Shown in pieces: positions 14,610-26,198 of a stretch of DNA of 64,000 bases. This DNA is from Flectonema sp. DT1601 (taxonomy: Eukaryota). The notes under the pieces are model-generated. The model did not search any database, was not told where the DNA came from, and was given only the letters and a program-made list of their open reading frames with translations. Every line of letters begins with the position of its first letter. Position 1 is the first letter of the stretch. The position numbers and the translations under genes are program-made. Where the stretch lies: positions 1,550,001-1,614,000 of the forward strand of contig OZ025785.1 in the NCBI GenBank assembly GCA_964019425.1, read 5' to 3'.

Positions 14610-16005
14610 ATATTGTTTTAGTTTCTTTTGGTTTTTTTTTTCCCTTTAAGAGAACAGCTCCCCCTAAGGCTCTCCTTGTTCTGCAGTTTCGTAGATTTCT
14701 GATTAACACTTTTGCATTAGTACCCTCCCCCAGCTAAAGCTGACTCAGGATATTTATTTATCGACTGAGCCCTAATGGACAGCAAGGGATTTTGATCTTT
14801 TTGTCTGCCTTTCCATGTCCTATTTGTTTTTCCCTGTTTATGACATTGTCGTTCAGTTAGCTTTTCTTTACGGCTTGTGTTCGTTTTTTATTTGGAGCAT
14901 AACAAGTTAACAGCTGCTTGTCAGGCTTTGGACTTGGTAATCCGCTTGTTGAACTTGTTGTGATCTCTAGGTTTAGGTTTTCTTTTTTATTAGTTAGTAA
15001 GTATTGCAACCAGTATTAGAAATAGTTGTCAAGTGAAGAAAAAACAATCAATTTTAAAGGGGAAAATATACCACTCCCAACAATTGGGATGGGCAGTGAA
15101 TCACAACCCACAAAATGTTGAAACCAGTTGTGTGTACTGCAGGCTACTAAAAAAAAAATAAGAGTCCAGTAAGACAGCGGTTTAAATGTAGTTTTGTTGA
15201 AACGTTCGATTTTCTTATCGATTTGACATTACCCGATATATGACAACTCCTTTCCTCTTTTCTCTCTTCATGCATTCTTCGCTCAGTCAAAATTGACTTT
15301 TGGCTATAAAACGGTAGAGAATGACTTAAGAATCATCAATTCAGTGGTAACTATCGCAAAAAGTTTTGAAAAAAAAAATTCTTCACTTTTTTTTTTTTTT
15401 TTTTTTTTTCCCCTTTTTTAAAAAAAATTTTTAAGTTCTCATAGCAGTAGTAGCGGATACGTAGACCTTTTCAGTTCATTATGTGGAAGCCTTTATTTTA
15501 TTACAAAAAATGTTATCTATTTTTTCCTCGTGTGTCAGTAGTACTGACTGTGATTAACAAGTTACTTTTTTTTTTTTCCTTGTGAAGAATGATGTCGTAC
15601 CTTGTAGTAACAATAATTGTTGCTGCTCATCGCCAGCAAATGGTGTGTTTACGACTAAAACTAAGTTTAAGAAAACCAATCTTTAGTCAGACTCGCGTTG
15701 CAATCATTTTTTCTTTCTTGATATTGCAATCCGACGAATGACGAACCTATAGCTATATACTTTTCTTTTGTTTGTTTGTTTCTTTTTTTTTTTTTTTTTT
15801 TTTCCCCCTTTTTTTTTCTCCTTTTTTTTTTCTCTTTATAATATGATGAATTTTACTAATTCTAAACCCAATGAGAAGGGTGTTTTCCCAACCGATTCAT
15901 TTCGAGGTGTCCCTCCCAAGAGCCGGGTGCGAACATATAAACTACTTCCAATAGTGCTTTTCTTTCTTTCAGTATTTCAATTGCCGTGAAGGCTTTACGA
16001 ATAGA

Positions 16006-16494
16006 AATACGCGAAACCTATTGATTGGTGTGAGATAACCCAGCAATTCACTACCTTCATCAGACTGGTTATTGTAGCGGAATACAAAACCTATTGATTG
16101 GTGTGATAACCAGCAACTCATTGCCTTATCAGAATAGCTGTAACTGAATACGCGAAACCTATTGATTGGTGTGAGATACCCAGCAATTCACTACCTTCAT
16201 CAGACTGGTTATTGTAGCGGAATACAAAACCTATTGATTGGTGTGATAACCAGCAACTCATTGCCTTATCAGAATAGCTGTAACTGAATACGCGAAACCT
16301 ATTGATTGGTGTGAGATACCCAGCAATTCACTACCTTCATCAGACTGGTTATTGTAGCTGAATACAAAACCTATTGATTGGTGTGATAACCAGCAACTCA
16401 TTACCTTATCATATTAGTTGTAGCTGAATACGAAACCTATTGATTGGTGTGAGATAGCAACTCATTACCTTCATCAGAATGGTTATTGTAGCTG
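16006..16494. repeat. Minisatellite: 7 related 66-75 bp units alternating A/B (140-bp higher-order period)
   Basis: Units start at 16006, 16081, 16147, 16221, 16287, 16361 and 16427. Each contains AAACCTATTGATTGGTGTGA. Confidence 0.95.
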
Positions 16495-17892
16495 ACTCGG
16501 TGTTGGCTATTAAGAACGTGCCTACGTAAGCTAAGCGGATAAGAGGACTTAACGCATATTTGAGGTGACGCAGGTGACTATTAAAAAAATCGTTTTACTT
16601 CTTCTTGAATATTATAAACTACTGATGAGCACCATCACTGTAGGCTGTCTGGAATATTTTGTTAACTAGATCGACAAGCAGCTACTTCGCATCGAGAAAA
16701 CCAGCCAGACAATTGCAAAGTCAAGTGTTTTGGTATTAAGATGTGAGGGAATGGTTTGTTAAGTTTGTTTTATGTATTTTTAGTTGTTAGCAGTCTGAGT
16801 GATGGTTTTCTTTATTCCTCTTTTGAAAATGCCAATTCAGTATTAACAACTTACTTGAACTTTAAGCTCTCAACTCGAGGCGCGGAATGACGTTCGATCG
16901 CAACCGCTGCGATAACACTGTCGTCCATGCAACAGCTTTCCAGTCGACTTTACTTTCGTGGTTATGTATTGAGGCACTCTTTAGTACCCCAATTTGTTTA
17001 TTTGAGTGTCGTTCGCTGTTACTTTCGTTGAGTAACTATCCTGTTGTACTTCTTCCTTTGCTATCCTTCAGAAGTAGAGGCGTTTTTCCTATTTTGTTGG
17101 TGAACAGAGGCAAAGCCTAGTAACCAAACACCATGTTCTGTATCTGGAAAGCAGAAGTAACATGTTGGTGGCCGGCACGGAAATGTGTCACCTGTTCTTT
17201 CTGTGTCATTTCGTTTGGTTTGTTTTCTTTTTCACATTGTGTTCTTGACCAGCAACTTTATTTGGAACTGGAGCAAGTTTGTTGAGTTCACAGACAACAA
17301 CTGCACAGCGCAGGCTGCTCATCGTTCTTTAGATACTTTTCTCTACGCTCTCACTTAGTTAGAATGAAGTCCCGAAGGACTTACTTCCTTAGCCGCAGTG
17401 AGATTGTTCAACGAACAACAAGAAGTTTCTTGGCAAAACCAACATAAAGTGCACGACTTTCAACAAGACAGTGTTGTCAGGAGTCGTGACTTTTGTTTGG
17501 TTTCTTTTGTTTTTTTCTTCTTTGCCGCGTTTGCGGTGGTTGAGATACATCATTCCGTTATGTACTTACGACAGCAAGCTTTAACTTGAAGATTATCGCG
17601 GTGGTAATCTTGCTCTCAAAGCTGCTTAGAGAAGACGAAAACCTCACTGCGCTGATCCATCTTTCGTTCATTTGTTTCTGTCCTCCGTCTCGCGCTCCTT
17701 TCCCCGGCTGATTTCTTCCCCTATTCGCCTCGTATCCCCCCGCACTCATTTTATTTTTCCCTTTGGGGGGCGTTCTCATCTTTAAGATTCCCTCAACCCG
17801 CTGTTAAGTTACATTCAAAAGTCTTACGGATTGTGAAGATGGTGTTTGAGATGTAAATTTATTATTTTGTTCAGAAGCTAATAAAAAGTAAT

Positions 17893-18765
17893 ATGGCAGT
17901 CAGACTACGTGCATTGGTTTCTGGTGGTATTGCTGCCTGCGGATCATTTGGAGGAAGTTGCTACGCAGACACTAAGAAGGATTACGTTATTCCTAAGAAG
18001 ACTACTTATGGTTGTTTTGAATCAACTATCTCAGAACAAGTCAAAGCTGGATTAGGTCCAGGTGATCATGGAGAATGGGGACTCGGTGACTTCGACCGCA
18101 CATGGGATACTGAACACTTAGAACGCGATGATCAGTTAGGAACTACTGCAAGTGACAAAGTATTAGAATCCTCTTCAGCTGTAAGAAGTTTAATATTAAT
18201 CAGACATGGAGAGTACACCATGTCTACAGGGGAGTTAACAGAACTTGGTATGGAACAGGCTGAATTATCAGCAAAACGTGTAAAATCATTATGTGAGGGG
18301 AAGTCGTTAGTAGAACACCCAACTTCATTAGTTGTCAGCTCCGCCACACGTGCTATGCAAACATCAGAACCATTTATTAAAGAATTGGGATTAGAACCAG
18401 AAATTGATGATCAAATCCGTGAAGCGTATCCTTGTTTGGGTAATGATCGTCCGAATAGGAGGACTGCTGAGAAACTTGAAGCCGAACACGACAAACTCGA
18501 GACCGCATTCAAACGTCTGTTTCGCAGACCCACAAACTCAACAAAGAATGAAGTTGTTGTTGTTGTCTGCCATGCAAATGTAATCCGTTACTGGACTCTA
18601 AGAGCATTACAACTACCACCTGAGTTGTGGACATCGCTGTCACTTCCTCATGGCTCTGTGACGCACGTCAGAATTAGTGCGAGAGGGAGCGTTTGTGTTC
18701 GCTGCATCGGGGATGCTGGCTTCCTTCCTCCTGATAAGCTTACTACGGTAGCCATTGAGAGTTGA
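17893..18765 (+). CDS. PGAM5: Histidine phosphatase superfamily protein, PGAM5-like mitochondrial Ser/Thr phosphatase
   Basis: LILIRHGEY, LTELGMEQA, RAMQT, VVCHANVIRY and LQLPPELW motifs; N-terminal targeting-like segment. Confidence 0.85.
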   Translation: MAVRLRALVSGGIAACGSFGGSCYADTKKDYVIPKKTTYGCFESTISEQVKAGLGPGDHGEWGLGDFDRTWDTEHLERDDQLGTTASDKVLESSSAVRSLILIRHGEYTMSTGELTELGMEQAELSAKRVKSLCEGKSLVEHPTSLVVSSATRAMQTSEPFIKELGLEPEIDDQIREAYPCLGNDRPNRRTAEKLEAEHDKLETAFKRLFRRPTNSTKNEVVVVVCHANVIRYWTLRALQLPPELWTSLSLPHGSVTHVRISARGSVCVRCIGDAGFLPPDKLTTVAIES

Positions 18766-19239
18766 TTTCCTTTGATGTTACTTTACGTGACCTGAGCTGT
18801 GAAATCTTATTACTCGTTTTGCTTATTTAGTGTCTACTATAGTTGAATACTGTTATCGTGTACACTGTAGCGATTGTGTTAATGTGAATCCCTTCTCTAT
18901 CTTCGGCCCGTTTAGTGACTTCACTGATCCAACTGATTGTCATGTTCTAGTTGAGTTGCCTCTGTGACACTAAATTAATAAAGTTTGCATCAACTTGTCT
19001 TAACGTAGACAACACTACAACGACTTCTGAGGTTAGGTATCTTGAACCTTTTATTTCATCCACTCTCATCGTTGCCTGCACACAATGATAAAGCAAACGC
19101 CGTTCAACGGGCGTATTGCGAGTGACGAAATGTAAACCACCAGAAATACGATACCGCGTTGTCAGTTACTTTTGTAGCTGCAATTAGTTTTATTTTAGTT
19201 CCTGCGATCCATCTAATCCTCTCTTCAGTATCAAAAGAC

Positions 19240-20163
19240 ATGTCTGCAGCAGCCGCAGCAGCCATAAGCTGCTGCATTGCCGGATTCATTGCTGGGAGGT
19301 GTAGTGTGAGAGAAGAAGATAGGGCTGAGTGGTCAAAGTCAAAGAAAACATATGTTTCAAAGAGGAAAAAGGATGACATGGATGCAAACAATAAGGGTGA
19401 GATCCGCAGACAAGTGATTTGTTGTGAGGCAATCGAATGGATGTCAAAAATTGGAACACTACCTGGGTCTGTTGTCACAGGGCTACCAGACATTACAGAA
19501 ATGAAAGAATTAGGAGATGAAGGATACGAAGGCTGGTTTGTTAACACTGTCGCAGAGATAATCACCAGACTGCCAGTTGGTGAGGTTGCTATTTTTCACC
19601 AAACAGACGCTCGTGTAGACCGCCCTGACACCCTTTCAAAGTCAGAGATGGTACTGAAAGGCTGGAGGATGGCCCAGGAGCAAACACCGTCCAGTAATTA
19701 TTATTTACTTTGGCACAAAATATCCATCGCAGCACCCTGTGGAACTATAAAGATGGGAAGACCAGCTTACACTCACATGATGTGTTTATCAAATGGTATT
19801 ATGGAATCAAATGATAATCGTTATTGTAACTTTCCTGATGTATCAGATCGTGGTCCATTATTATGGTCTCGATCAATGGGAATAGTCGCTGCTGTTAAGT
19901 CGGTTCAATTTATAAAACATATTTGCCCGACAGAGTCTCCAGTTGTTGATCCTTTTTGTGGACATGGTACTGTCTTAGCGGTGGCCAACGCTCTCGGTTT
20001 CAGTTCTCTCGGAGTTGATCTCTCACCAAAGTGTGTCAAGAAAGCTCAGAAGGCTGACGTCACAACAATAATGACGCAATACGATGAGATCCTTAAAACT
20101 GAGCGTCACGGAAGTTGGTGGCAGCGAATGTCAGCAAAGCTTCCGTTCATCGCAGTTAATTAA
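19240..20163 (+). CDS. SAM-dependent methyltransferase related to the N4/N6 DNA methylase (beta-order) fold
   Basis: C-terminal SAM motif VVDPFCGHGTVLAVANALG...GVDLS; N-terminal SVVTGLPD in the motif IV position. ATG 19240 follows CTCTTCAG (19228). Confidence 0.75.
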   Translation: MSAAAAAAISCCIAGFIAGRCSVREEDRAEWSKSKKTYVSKRKKDDMDANNKGEIRRQVICCEAIEWMSKIGTLPGSVVTGLPDITEMKELGDEGYEGWFVNTVAEIITRLPVGEVAIFHQTDARVDRPDTLSKSEMVLKGWRMAQEQTPSSNYYLLWHKISIAAPCGTIKMGRPAYTHMMCLSNGIMESNDNRYCNFPDVSDRGPLLWSRSMGIVAAVKSVQFIKHICPTESPVVDPFCGHGTVLAVANALGFSSLGVDLSPKCVKKAQKADVTTIMTQYDEILKTERHGSWWQRMSAKLPFIAVN

Positions 20164-20455
20164 TTTGACTAATCCGATTAAAGTAATAGTTGTAAGAAGT
20201 GGGTAGCGTCACGTCACAAACATCACAACATTTATATCACAGTTATCGATTTTTACTTTTTCTTTTTTTTGATAAGGCACTCATCGCTCGGGGCTCTCTT
20301 CGTCTTCCCGAGACAGTGTCGCCCTCACTTCTCCCTAACTGGGGCAGACAACACTTGCCCAACTACTGGTTAGCCTGAAGTGCTCCAGATAATGTTATTA
20401 ATTTATCATTTTAAAATTTCAAAATCTCATTACATTTCCATCAGAAGTTAAAACG

Positions 20456-22204
20456 ATGAGTCGATCCCGAGTTGGGACCTGGTGTAAACGGCTGCTACTA
20501 ACAGCAGGGGCAGGAGGTGTTGGAAGCTATGTCGCATTTAATTATTGGGTGAGGCAATACGATCCTGGTCTGGCTGGCCCACCTCGCAGAACCAGAGTTT
20601 TAGTCGACGAAACTGGTAGCCTTGTAGACAAATCACTTGCTATGCCAATGTGGAGGGTGTACCTTCGAATACTACTACTAGTACTCCAATACATGCCTCT
20701 CATATTAACATTTCATTTGAGTAATTTAACTGCTCAGACTTCTTCACTCTGGCAAGAAGCATTCGTTCACAGAGTTCAGAACAGTGGTCCAGCTTTCATA
20801 AAGCTGGCGCAGTGGTTGGCAACAAGACGTGACTTGACTACACCTGAATTCAGAACTGTGTTGTCGAGATTATTTAACAGAGTTCATCAACATAGTATTG
20901 AAGAGACATTAAGAATAATAAAAGAAGACATTGGTGATCCTGATGAAATATTCACTGAAATAGAACCACAAGCTATTGGGTCTGGTAGTATCGGTCAGGT
21001 CCACAGAGCAGTTCTGAAAGATGGTCGCAGAGTTGCAGTGAAGGTGAGTCATCCGAATGTTCGCGAAGATATTGCGATTGATTTCTATGTTTTGAATCAC
21101 TTGGCTACTTTTGTTGATAGTTTTGTTCCAAGTGTTCGTTACATGTTACTACCGAGACTTGCTGTTGCTTGGACTACTCACTTGGCTCAGCAAATTGATT
21201 TGTGTATTGAGGCTGAGAACCTCGACTTCTTTATCGAAAACTTTAAGGGTGCTGATACTGATCGTTTTGCTACCTTCCCAGAGCCAATCAGGCCTTATGT
21301 GTCTGCTCGTGTTCTTGTTGAAACCTTAATCGACGGACATGAAGCCACTGATGAGTACCTCCATTCCCTTCCAATGGATCTCCGTACTCATATTGCTGAA
21401 CTTGGTATGGACACCTACATGAAGAACCTCCTCAAAGATAATTGGTATGTTTTATTAGACTGCAGTAGTTGGGTTTATTATGTAGTTATTTAAAAATAAC
21501 AACACATCATAAAAAAAAACAGGCTCCACGGTGACCTACACCCTGGAAACATTATGATCACAGAGAAAGCACCACCTGGTAAGAAGTGGCCAGTTGTTTA
21601 TTTGATTGACTGTGGATTGTGTCAGAATCTCGAACCTGTAGAAGCTGAGGTAGCGACGATGGTGTTGGAAGGATTTGCTAAATGGAAAGATGAGACTTTA
21701 GCTATGTCGTTTTGGAGAATGGGAATGGGAGGTACCCAAAGAGATGAATTGAAATACAGCGACCTGCTATCAAGTTGTCAGGAAATATTCTCATACTACC
21801 AGGCTAGTAAGGGATCTGACCATGCTATTGTTGGAAGGCTACTCGAGTCGATGTTTGACGTCGTTCGTTTTCATAAATTACAACTCGAACCCGGATACAC
21901 ATCTCTTCTATTTGGGGCCTTAGTACAGGAAAACTTCATCATGACACTTGATGAGCGTTTTAACATCACACAAAGAGTGATTCCTTGGTTAGCTGGTCAG
22001 GGAATAGTAAGTCAGGGAATGTTTAAGAACTTCACTGGATTATTCCCATCATTCATGGAGACTAAGTGTAAGAAGGAAGAACTTGGTCAGCATCTCGATA
22101 AGAAAGGTTTATTATCTGTTGAGGGAGGTGTTCATGATTCAGTCCACGTTGAGAGAGCCTCTGGATTGAAAGAAGAATGGAAGAGAGGAGTTCTCGTTGC
22201 ATAG
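20456..22204 (+). CDS. ABC1/UbiB/ADCK atypical kinase; exons 20456..21444, 21523..22204 (556 aa)
   Basis: GPAFIKLAQW, IGSGSIGQVHRA, VAVKV; catalytic WLHGDLHPGN is formed across the splice junction; IDCGL. Confidence 0.9.
21445..21522 (+). other. Spliceosomal intron, 78 nt
   Basis: GTATGT...CATAAAAAAAAACAG; removal recreates the kinase catalytic loop. Confidence 0.93.
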
Positions 22205-22967
22205 ACTTCACACCAACTTACCCTTTGGTTAAAGTCTGATGCCATAGTAAAGAGGCATGTGGGGCCTGAGAGGGGAAGTAATTATGCGTGGCAGCATTAG
22301 TCAAACAGTACCGACAATCGACTTGTTAGAAATAACGGCTCAAACACAACACCGTGATACTTCACACACACACAATGTGTAGCATACAGGAGAAGGTTTC
22401 ATGTAACGAAGAACCAGCTACTTCGGCCTTCAGTTATGAAAGAGTACGTTTCTGAAAAGAACCATTAAAAGAATACAGAAAACAACAGAAAGAACTAACT
22501 GAAAACTCATTTTTTTGTAACCAATAGTTTGCTTCATAGTGAAATCATCAAAAAAAGACAATCAGATTTATCATATCAGTTACGGTGCCACCTATTTCCG
22601 TATGAATGAAATAAAAGAAAGAAAAGTACAACAGAAAACCCAACTTCAACTGTTGTTGAAAACGAGGAAAAAAAAGAAAAAAAGAAAGGAAAAGAAAAGG
22701 ATGAAGAAAATGTTTTTCCATCTTCGGACGTTAACTGTCCCTCAATTTGTATATTTCCTTTGGGATTTTGGTAACGTTCGAAGTAGTTCGCTGAGGCCAT
22801 TGTGAGAAGCAGTTTTCATGTTATTGTTTTGATTGTTTATCATGGAATTATACTTTTCTTACAAAAACAGATTTCATATGAAGCTGTCACTACTCACACT
22901 ACTCACTACTCACCTCATCTCTACTAATGATGTACTGTCGTTACTTTATTTCAAACAGTTCAACAGA

Positions 22968-23828
22968 ATGACAGAATGTCTATCTACTGCTGCAAACATC
23001 GACTCCGTAAAAGAAGTATTTGAGAAAGGAGATGATAAGGACATAATACAACTACAACACTCTCATATTGATAGTGAGTGGTGTGATTCTGGAATTCCTA
23101 AAGTTTCAAACGAATCTCTGTACGGTGACTTAAAAAGAGCGAAGTTCACAGAAATAACAATTTGTGAAGGAGACGGTTTATTTATTCCTTCTTACACATG
23201 GCATTGGGTGTTTTCTGAAGATCGGAGTGTAGCCGTTCAGTTATTTCACAACGTTCCGAGTGAAGGTATTTCTGTGAAAAGAGAGCAGAGTTATTATCTC
23301 GGAGGTCAACCTGAAAGTATCGAACAAGCGATTGCGACATCACAACCAATTCTATTGAAAGAAATGGCAACTCACTGGCCCTGCATGGAGTGGACAGTGG
23401 AGAAGACGCTGAGCTTTTCAACAATTAATCGATTTGTTGAATCGAAAGGACATTCACTCTGTCCGATAGAAAAACCAAATCCCTTTTACGATGACACGGG
23501 AACTTCAAGAACTGATACTAATGAACTTCCTCAACTGATCAACTCATCTAACTCAACAATACAATATCAGTGGGTAGTACCTTTAACACCATCAACTAAG
23601 GCTTTACAGGATATTAGAATGCCGTCCTTCTTAAACCCTCGTGAGGTCAGCAACATCAACGTTTGGTGTAACACAGGAAGAGTACACACAGGACTTCATT
23701 ACGACCTCCAAGATAATATATTAATTGGTGTTAAGGGGAAAAAACGAGTCTTACTGGCACCCCAAAGTGAAACTCCGTATCTGTACCACAAACCATTCTT
23801 AAGGAGACATGTTAAAGCCTGGAAGTGA
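22968..23828 (+). CDS. JmjC/Cupin_8 2-oxoglutarate oxygenase, circularly permuted (286 aa; alternative in-frame ATG at 22878)
   Basis: EGDGLFIPSYTWHWV near the N-terminus, PILLKEMATHWPCMEW in the middle, NVWCNTGRVHTGLHYDLQDNILIGVKGKKRVLLAP..LY at the C-terminus. Confidence 0.85.
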   Translation: MTECLSTAANIDSVKEVFEKGDDKDIIQLQHSHIDSEWCDSGIPKVSNESLYGDLKRAKFTEITICEGDGLFIPSYTWHWVFSEDRSVAVQLFHNVPSEGISVKREQSYYLGGQPESIEQAIATSQPILLKEMATHWPCMEWTVEKTLSFSTINRFVESKGHSLCPIEKPNPFYDDTGTSRTDTNELPQLINSSNSTIQYQWVVPLTPSTKALQDIRMPSFLNPREVSNINVWCNTGRVHTGLHYDLQDNILIGVKGKKRVLLAPQSETPYLYHKPFLRRHVKAWK

Positions 23829-23980
23829 CACTTTAAATAACGCATCGAATATGTATTTACACACACATGTTGAACAGAAGGAAGATTCTTATTACACTTT
23901 GTGATCAGTTATAATTGCATTGCGGGTTTTTTAAATTTTTATAAAAACTTTTCTTCTATCAGCAAAAATCAATACAACAA

Positions 23981-25241
23981 ATGGACTATTTGTACACCGA
24001 TTGGACTGATGTCCTGATTAAAGGCTTCGCTATAGGTGGAGCAGGAGTACTACTAAACGAGTGTAGAAAAGGAATGAAGAAGCCTCTAGTAACAGACAAA
24101 ATTGAATACAATGCGACAACAAAAAAGAACACAATCGGAGTTGTGTTGGTTAATTTAGGAACGCCAGAGAGCTGCAATGTCCCGGCAGTTCGAAGGTTTC
24201 TGAGGGAATTCTTATCTGATGAGAGAGTCATTGATATGCCTCCCCTTTTGAGATATATTGTTGTTAATTGTTTCATCGCTCCATTCAGATCCCCGGAATC
24301 GACTGAAACGTATAAAAGAGTTTGGGATCAGAGTAAATTATCAACAAACATGGGCAGCCCGCTATTATCAAATGGCGTAGAGCTTCTTCAAAAAGTTCAA
24401 AAAGATCTTGGTGATAATTATTCAGTAAAGTTAGCAATGCGTTACCAATCTCCAAGTATAGAGAAAGCTTTAATGGAGCTTAAAGCTGAATGTGCAAAAC
24501 ACATAATCGTCATTCCGCTATTTCCACAGTACTCATCATCATGTACAGGAAGTATCCAAGCAAAGGTTTTTAACATCTTAAGCACTTGGGATCGAATCCC
24601 TCACTTGACTATTTCTTCATCATTCCTGGACCAGCCATCTTTTTCAAAGTGTTGGGCTGATAATGCTAGGCAGCTTGTTAAACAAGATTACGATCATTTC
24701 TTGTTTTCATATCACGGTATTCCTGTATCACAATTAGCTAAAGGTTCAAAAGAGTGCAGTCCTTGCACCACCTGCACAACAGAATTAACAGAACGAAACG
24801 CTACCTGTTACAGAGCTCAGTGTTATGAAACAACTCGCTTGATTGCTACGGAGTTAGGACTGAAAAAGGAATCGTACACTACGACATTTCAGTCTCGATT
24901 AGGACCAACTGAGTGGTTGCAGCCGTACACTGTTGATGTTGCAGAAGGTATGCCAGCAAAGGGTAATAAAAAATTGTTAGTATTCAGTCCTGCGTTTGTA
25001 GCCGACTGCTTAGAAACTATTGATGAAATAGGAGTAGAGCTGAAGCATTCTTTCAAAGAAAAAGGAGGAGAAGTTCTTGACTTGGTTCCCTCCCTAAACT
25101 ACTCTGATGATTTCGCTTCACTTCTTGGTGATATGGTTTGTGTTGATTATTTTTATTTTAATAGTTTTATTAGGGGAAAACCCAAACAACAAAAAATAAA
25201 ATAAAATAAAAAAACAGTCTCGTAAGATGAACGTCTTTTAG
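23981..25241 (+). CDS. hemH: Ferrochelatase, bacterial-type; exons 23981..25135, 25218..25241 (392 aa)
   Basis: GVVLVNLGTP, FLSDERVI, AMRY, PLFPQYS, FSYHGIP, FQSRLGPTEWLQPYT, FVADCLETIDEI. Confidence 0.95.
25136..25217 (+). other. Spliceosomal intron, 82 nt
   Basis: GTTTGT...AAATAAAAAAACAG; replaces a low-complexity tail with SRKMNVF*. Confidence 0.75.
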
Positions 25242-25714
25242 GTAACATTACTTACTTTTTTATTGTTACTTTCGCAATGTTTGTAGTTCTCTCATTGCTG
25301 TTCTGTCCTCCTTTGAAAAATGCTGCGAAAAACTGTTTTTTTTTTTTTTTTTTTTTAAGTAGCAAAAGCAACTATCCCAATTCAAAAATTGAAACTTTAC
25401 TTTAATAACTGAAACTTTATTAAAAAGTCTTCGCACTGATTTCAAGTAGTCGTCATGTTCCCTTGTTGAACCTATGGCAATTTGCTTTCTTTTTTTTTTC
25501 TTCTCTTTTCTTTGACACCTCCCAACATAAAAAAGTTGAGCAAATATAAAAAAGATTCTTTCACGATTGACGGAAAGTAGGATGATGGCAAAGACTGTTG
25601 TTAACACTTAATGGTTGATTTTCGGTAACGGTGTTTTGTGCATTTCGTTCACTTCTTTTTTGTCGTCATGAGAATTTCATAAGTTTTACGAATGTTTATG
25701 TTTAATTCGGAGTT

Positions 25715-25744
25715 CTTCTTATTTATTTAATGATTTTTTTTCAG
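25715..25744 (+). promoter_or_regulatory. Putative spliced-leader trans-splice acceptor upstream of RPS23 (representative example)
   Basis: T-rich tract ending TTTTTTTTCAG 22 nt before the ATG. Similar T-rich TCAG sites end at 17874, 19228, 20444, 23962, 27336, 30713, 42685, 57599 and 59383. The trans-splicing role is inferred. Confidence 0.55.
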
Positions 25745-25766
25745 CATCAAAACAAAAGAAAACAAA

Positions 25767-26198
25767 ATGGGAAAGCCACGTGGTATCAACACTGCTAGAA
25801 AGCTGAAGACCAGAAGAAGAACTCAGAAGTGGGCTGACAAGGATTGGAAGAAGGCTCACTTGAGTGTTTCGATTAAAGCGAATGTGTTTGGAGGATCTTC
25901 CCACGTTAAGGGAATTGTGTTGGAGAAGATTGGTGTTGAGGCTAAGCAGCCTAACTCTGCTATCAGAAAGTGCGTTCGAGTTCAATTGATCAAGAACGGA
26001 AAGAAGATTCTGGCTTTCGTACCAAACGACGGTTGTCTTCACTTCGTTGAAGAGAACGACGAAGTTCTCGTTGCTGGTCTCGGACGTTCCGGTCACGCCG
26101 TCGGAGATATTCCGGGAGTTCGTTTCAAGATCAGCAAGGTCTCCGGTGTTGGTCTATTTGCCTTGTACCGTGAGAAGAAGGAGAAGCCACGTTCCTAG
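25767..26198 (+). CDS. RPS23: 40S ribosomal protein S23 (uS12)
   Basis: MGKPRG...[28 protein letters not shown]...GDIPGVRF...KKEKPRS; 143 aa. Confidence 0.99.
   Translation: MGKPRGINTARKLKTRRRTQKWADKDWKKAHLSVSIKANVFGGSSHVKGIVLEKIGVEAKQPNSAIRKCVRVQLIKNGKKILAFVPNDGCLHFVEENDEVLVAGLGRSGHAVGDIPGVRFKISKVSGVGLFALYREKKEKPRS

Noticed and set aside
16006..16494. CRISPR array
   Set aside because: Sequences between the conserved cores are themselves repeated, not unique spacers; eukaryotic context and no cas genes.
16006..16494. Hammerhead ribozyme repeats
   Set aside because: CTGATGA is on the minus strand but GAAAC is on the plus strand, so no complete core exists on one strand.
22968..26198. JmjC gene as the RPS23 hydroxylase because of proximity
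   Set aside because: uS12 prolyl hydroxylation is done by OGFOD1/Tpa1, a different 2-OG family; adjacency alone is not evidence.
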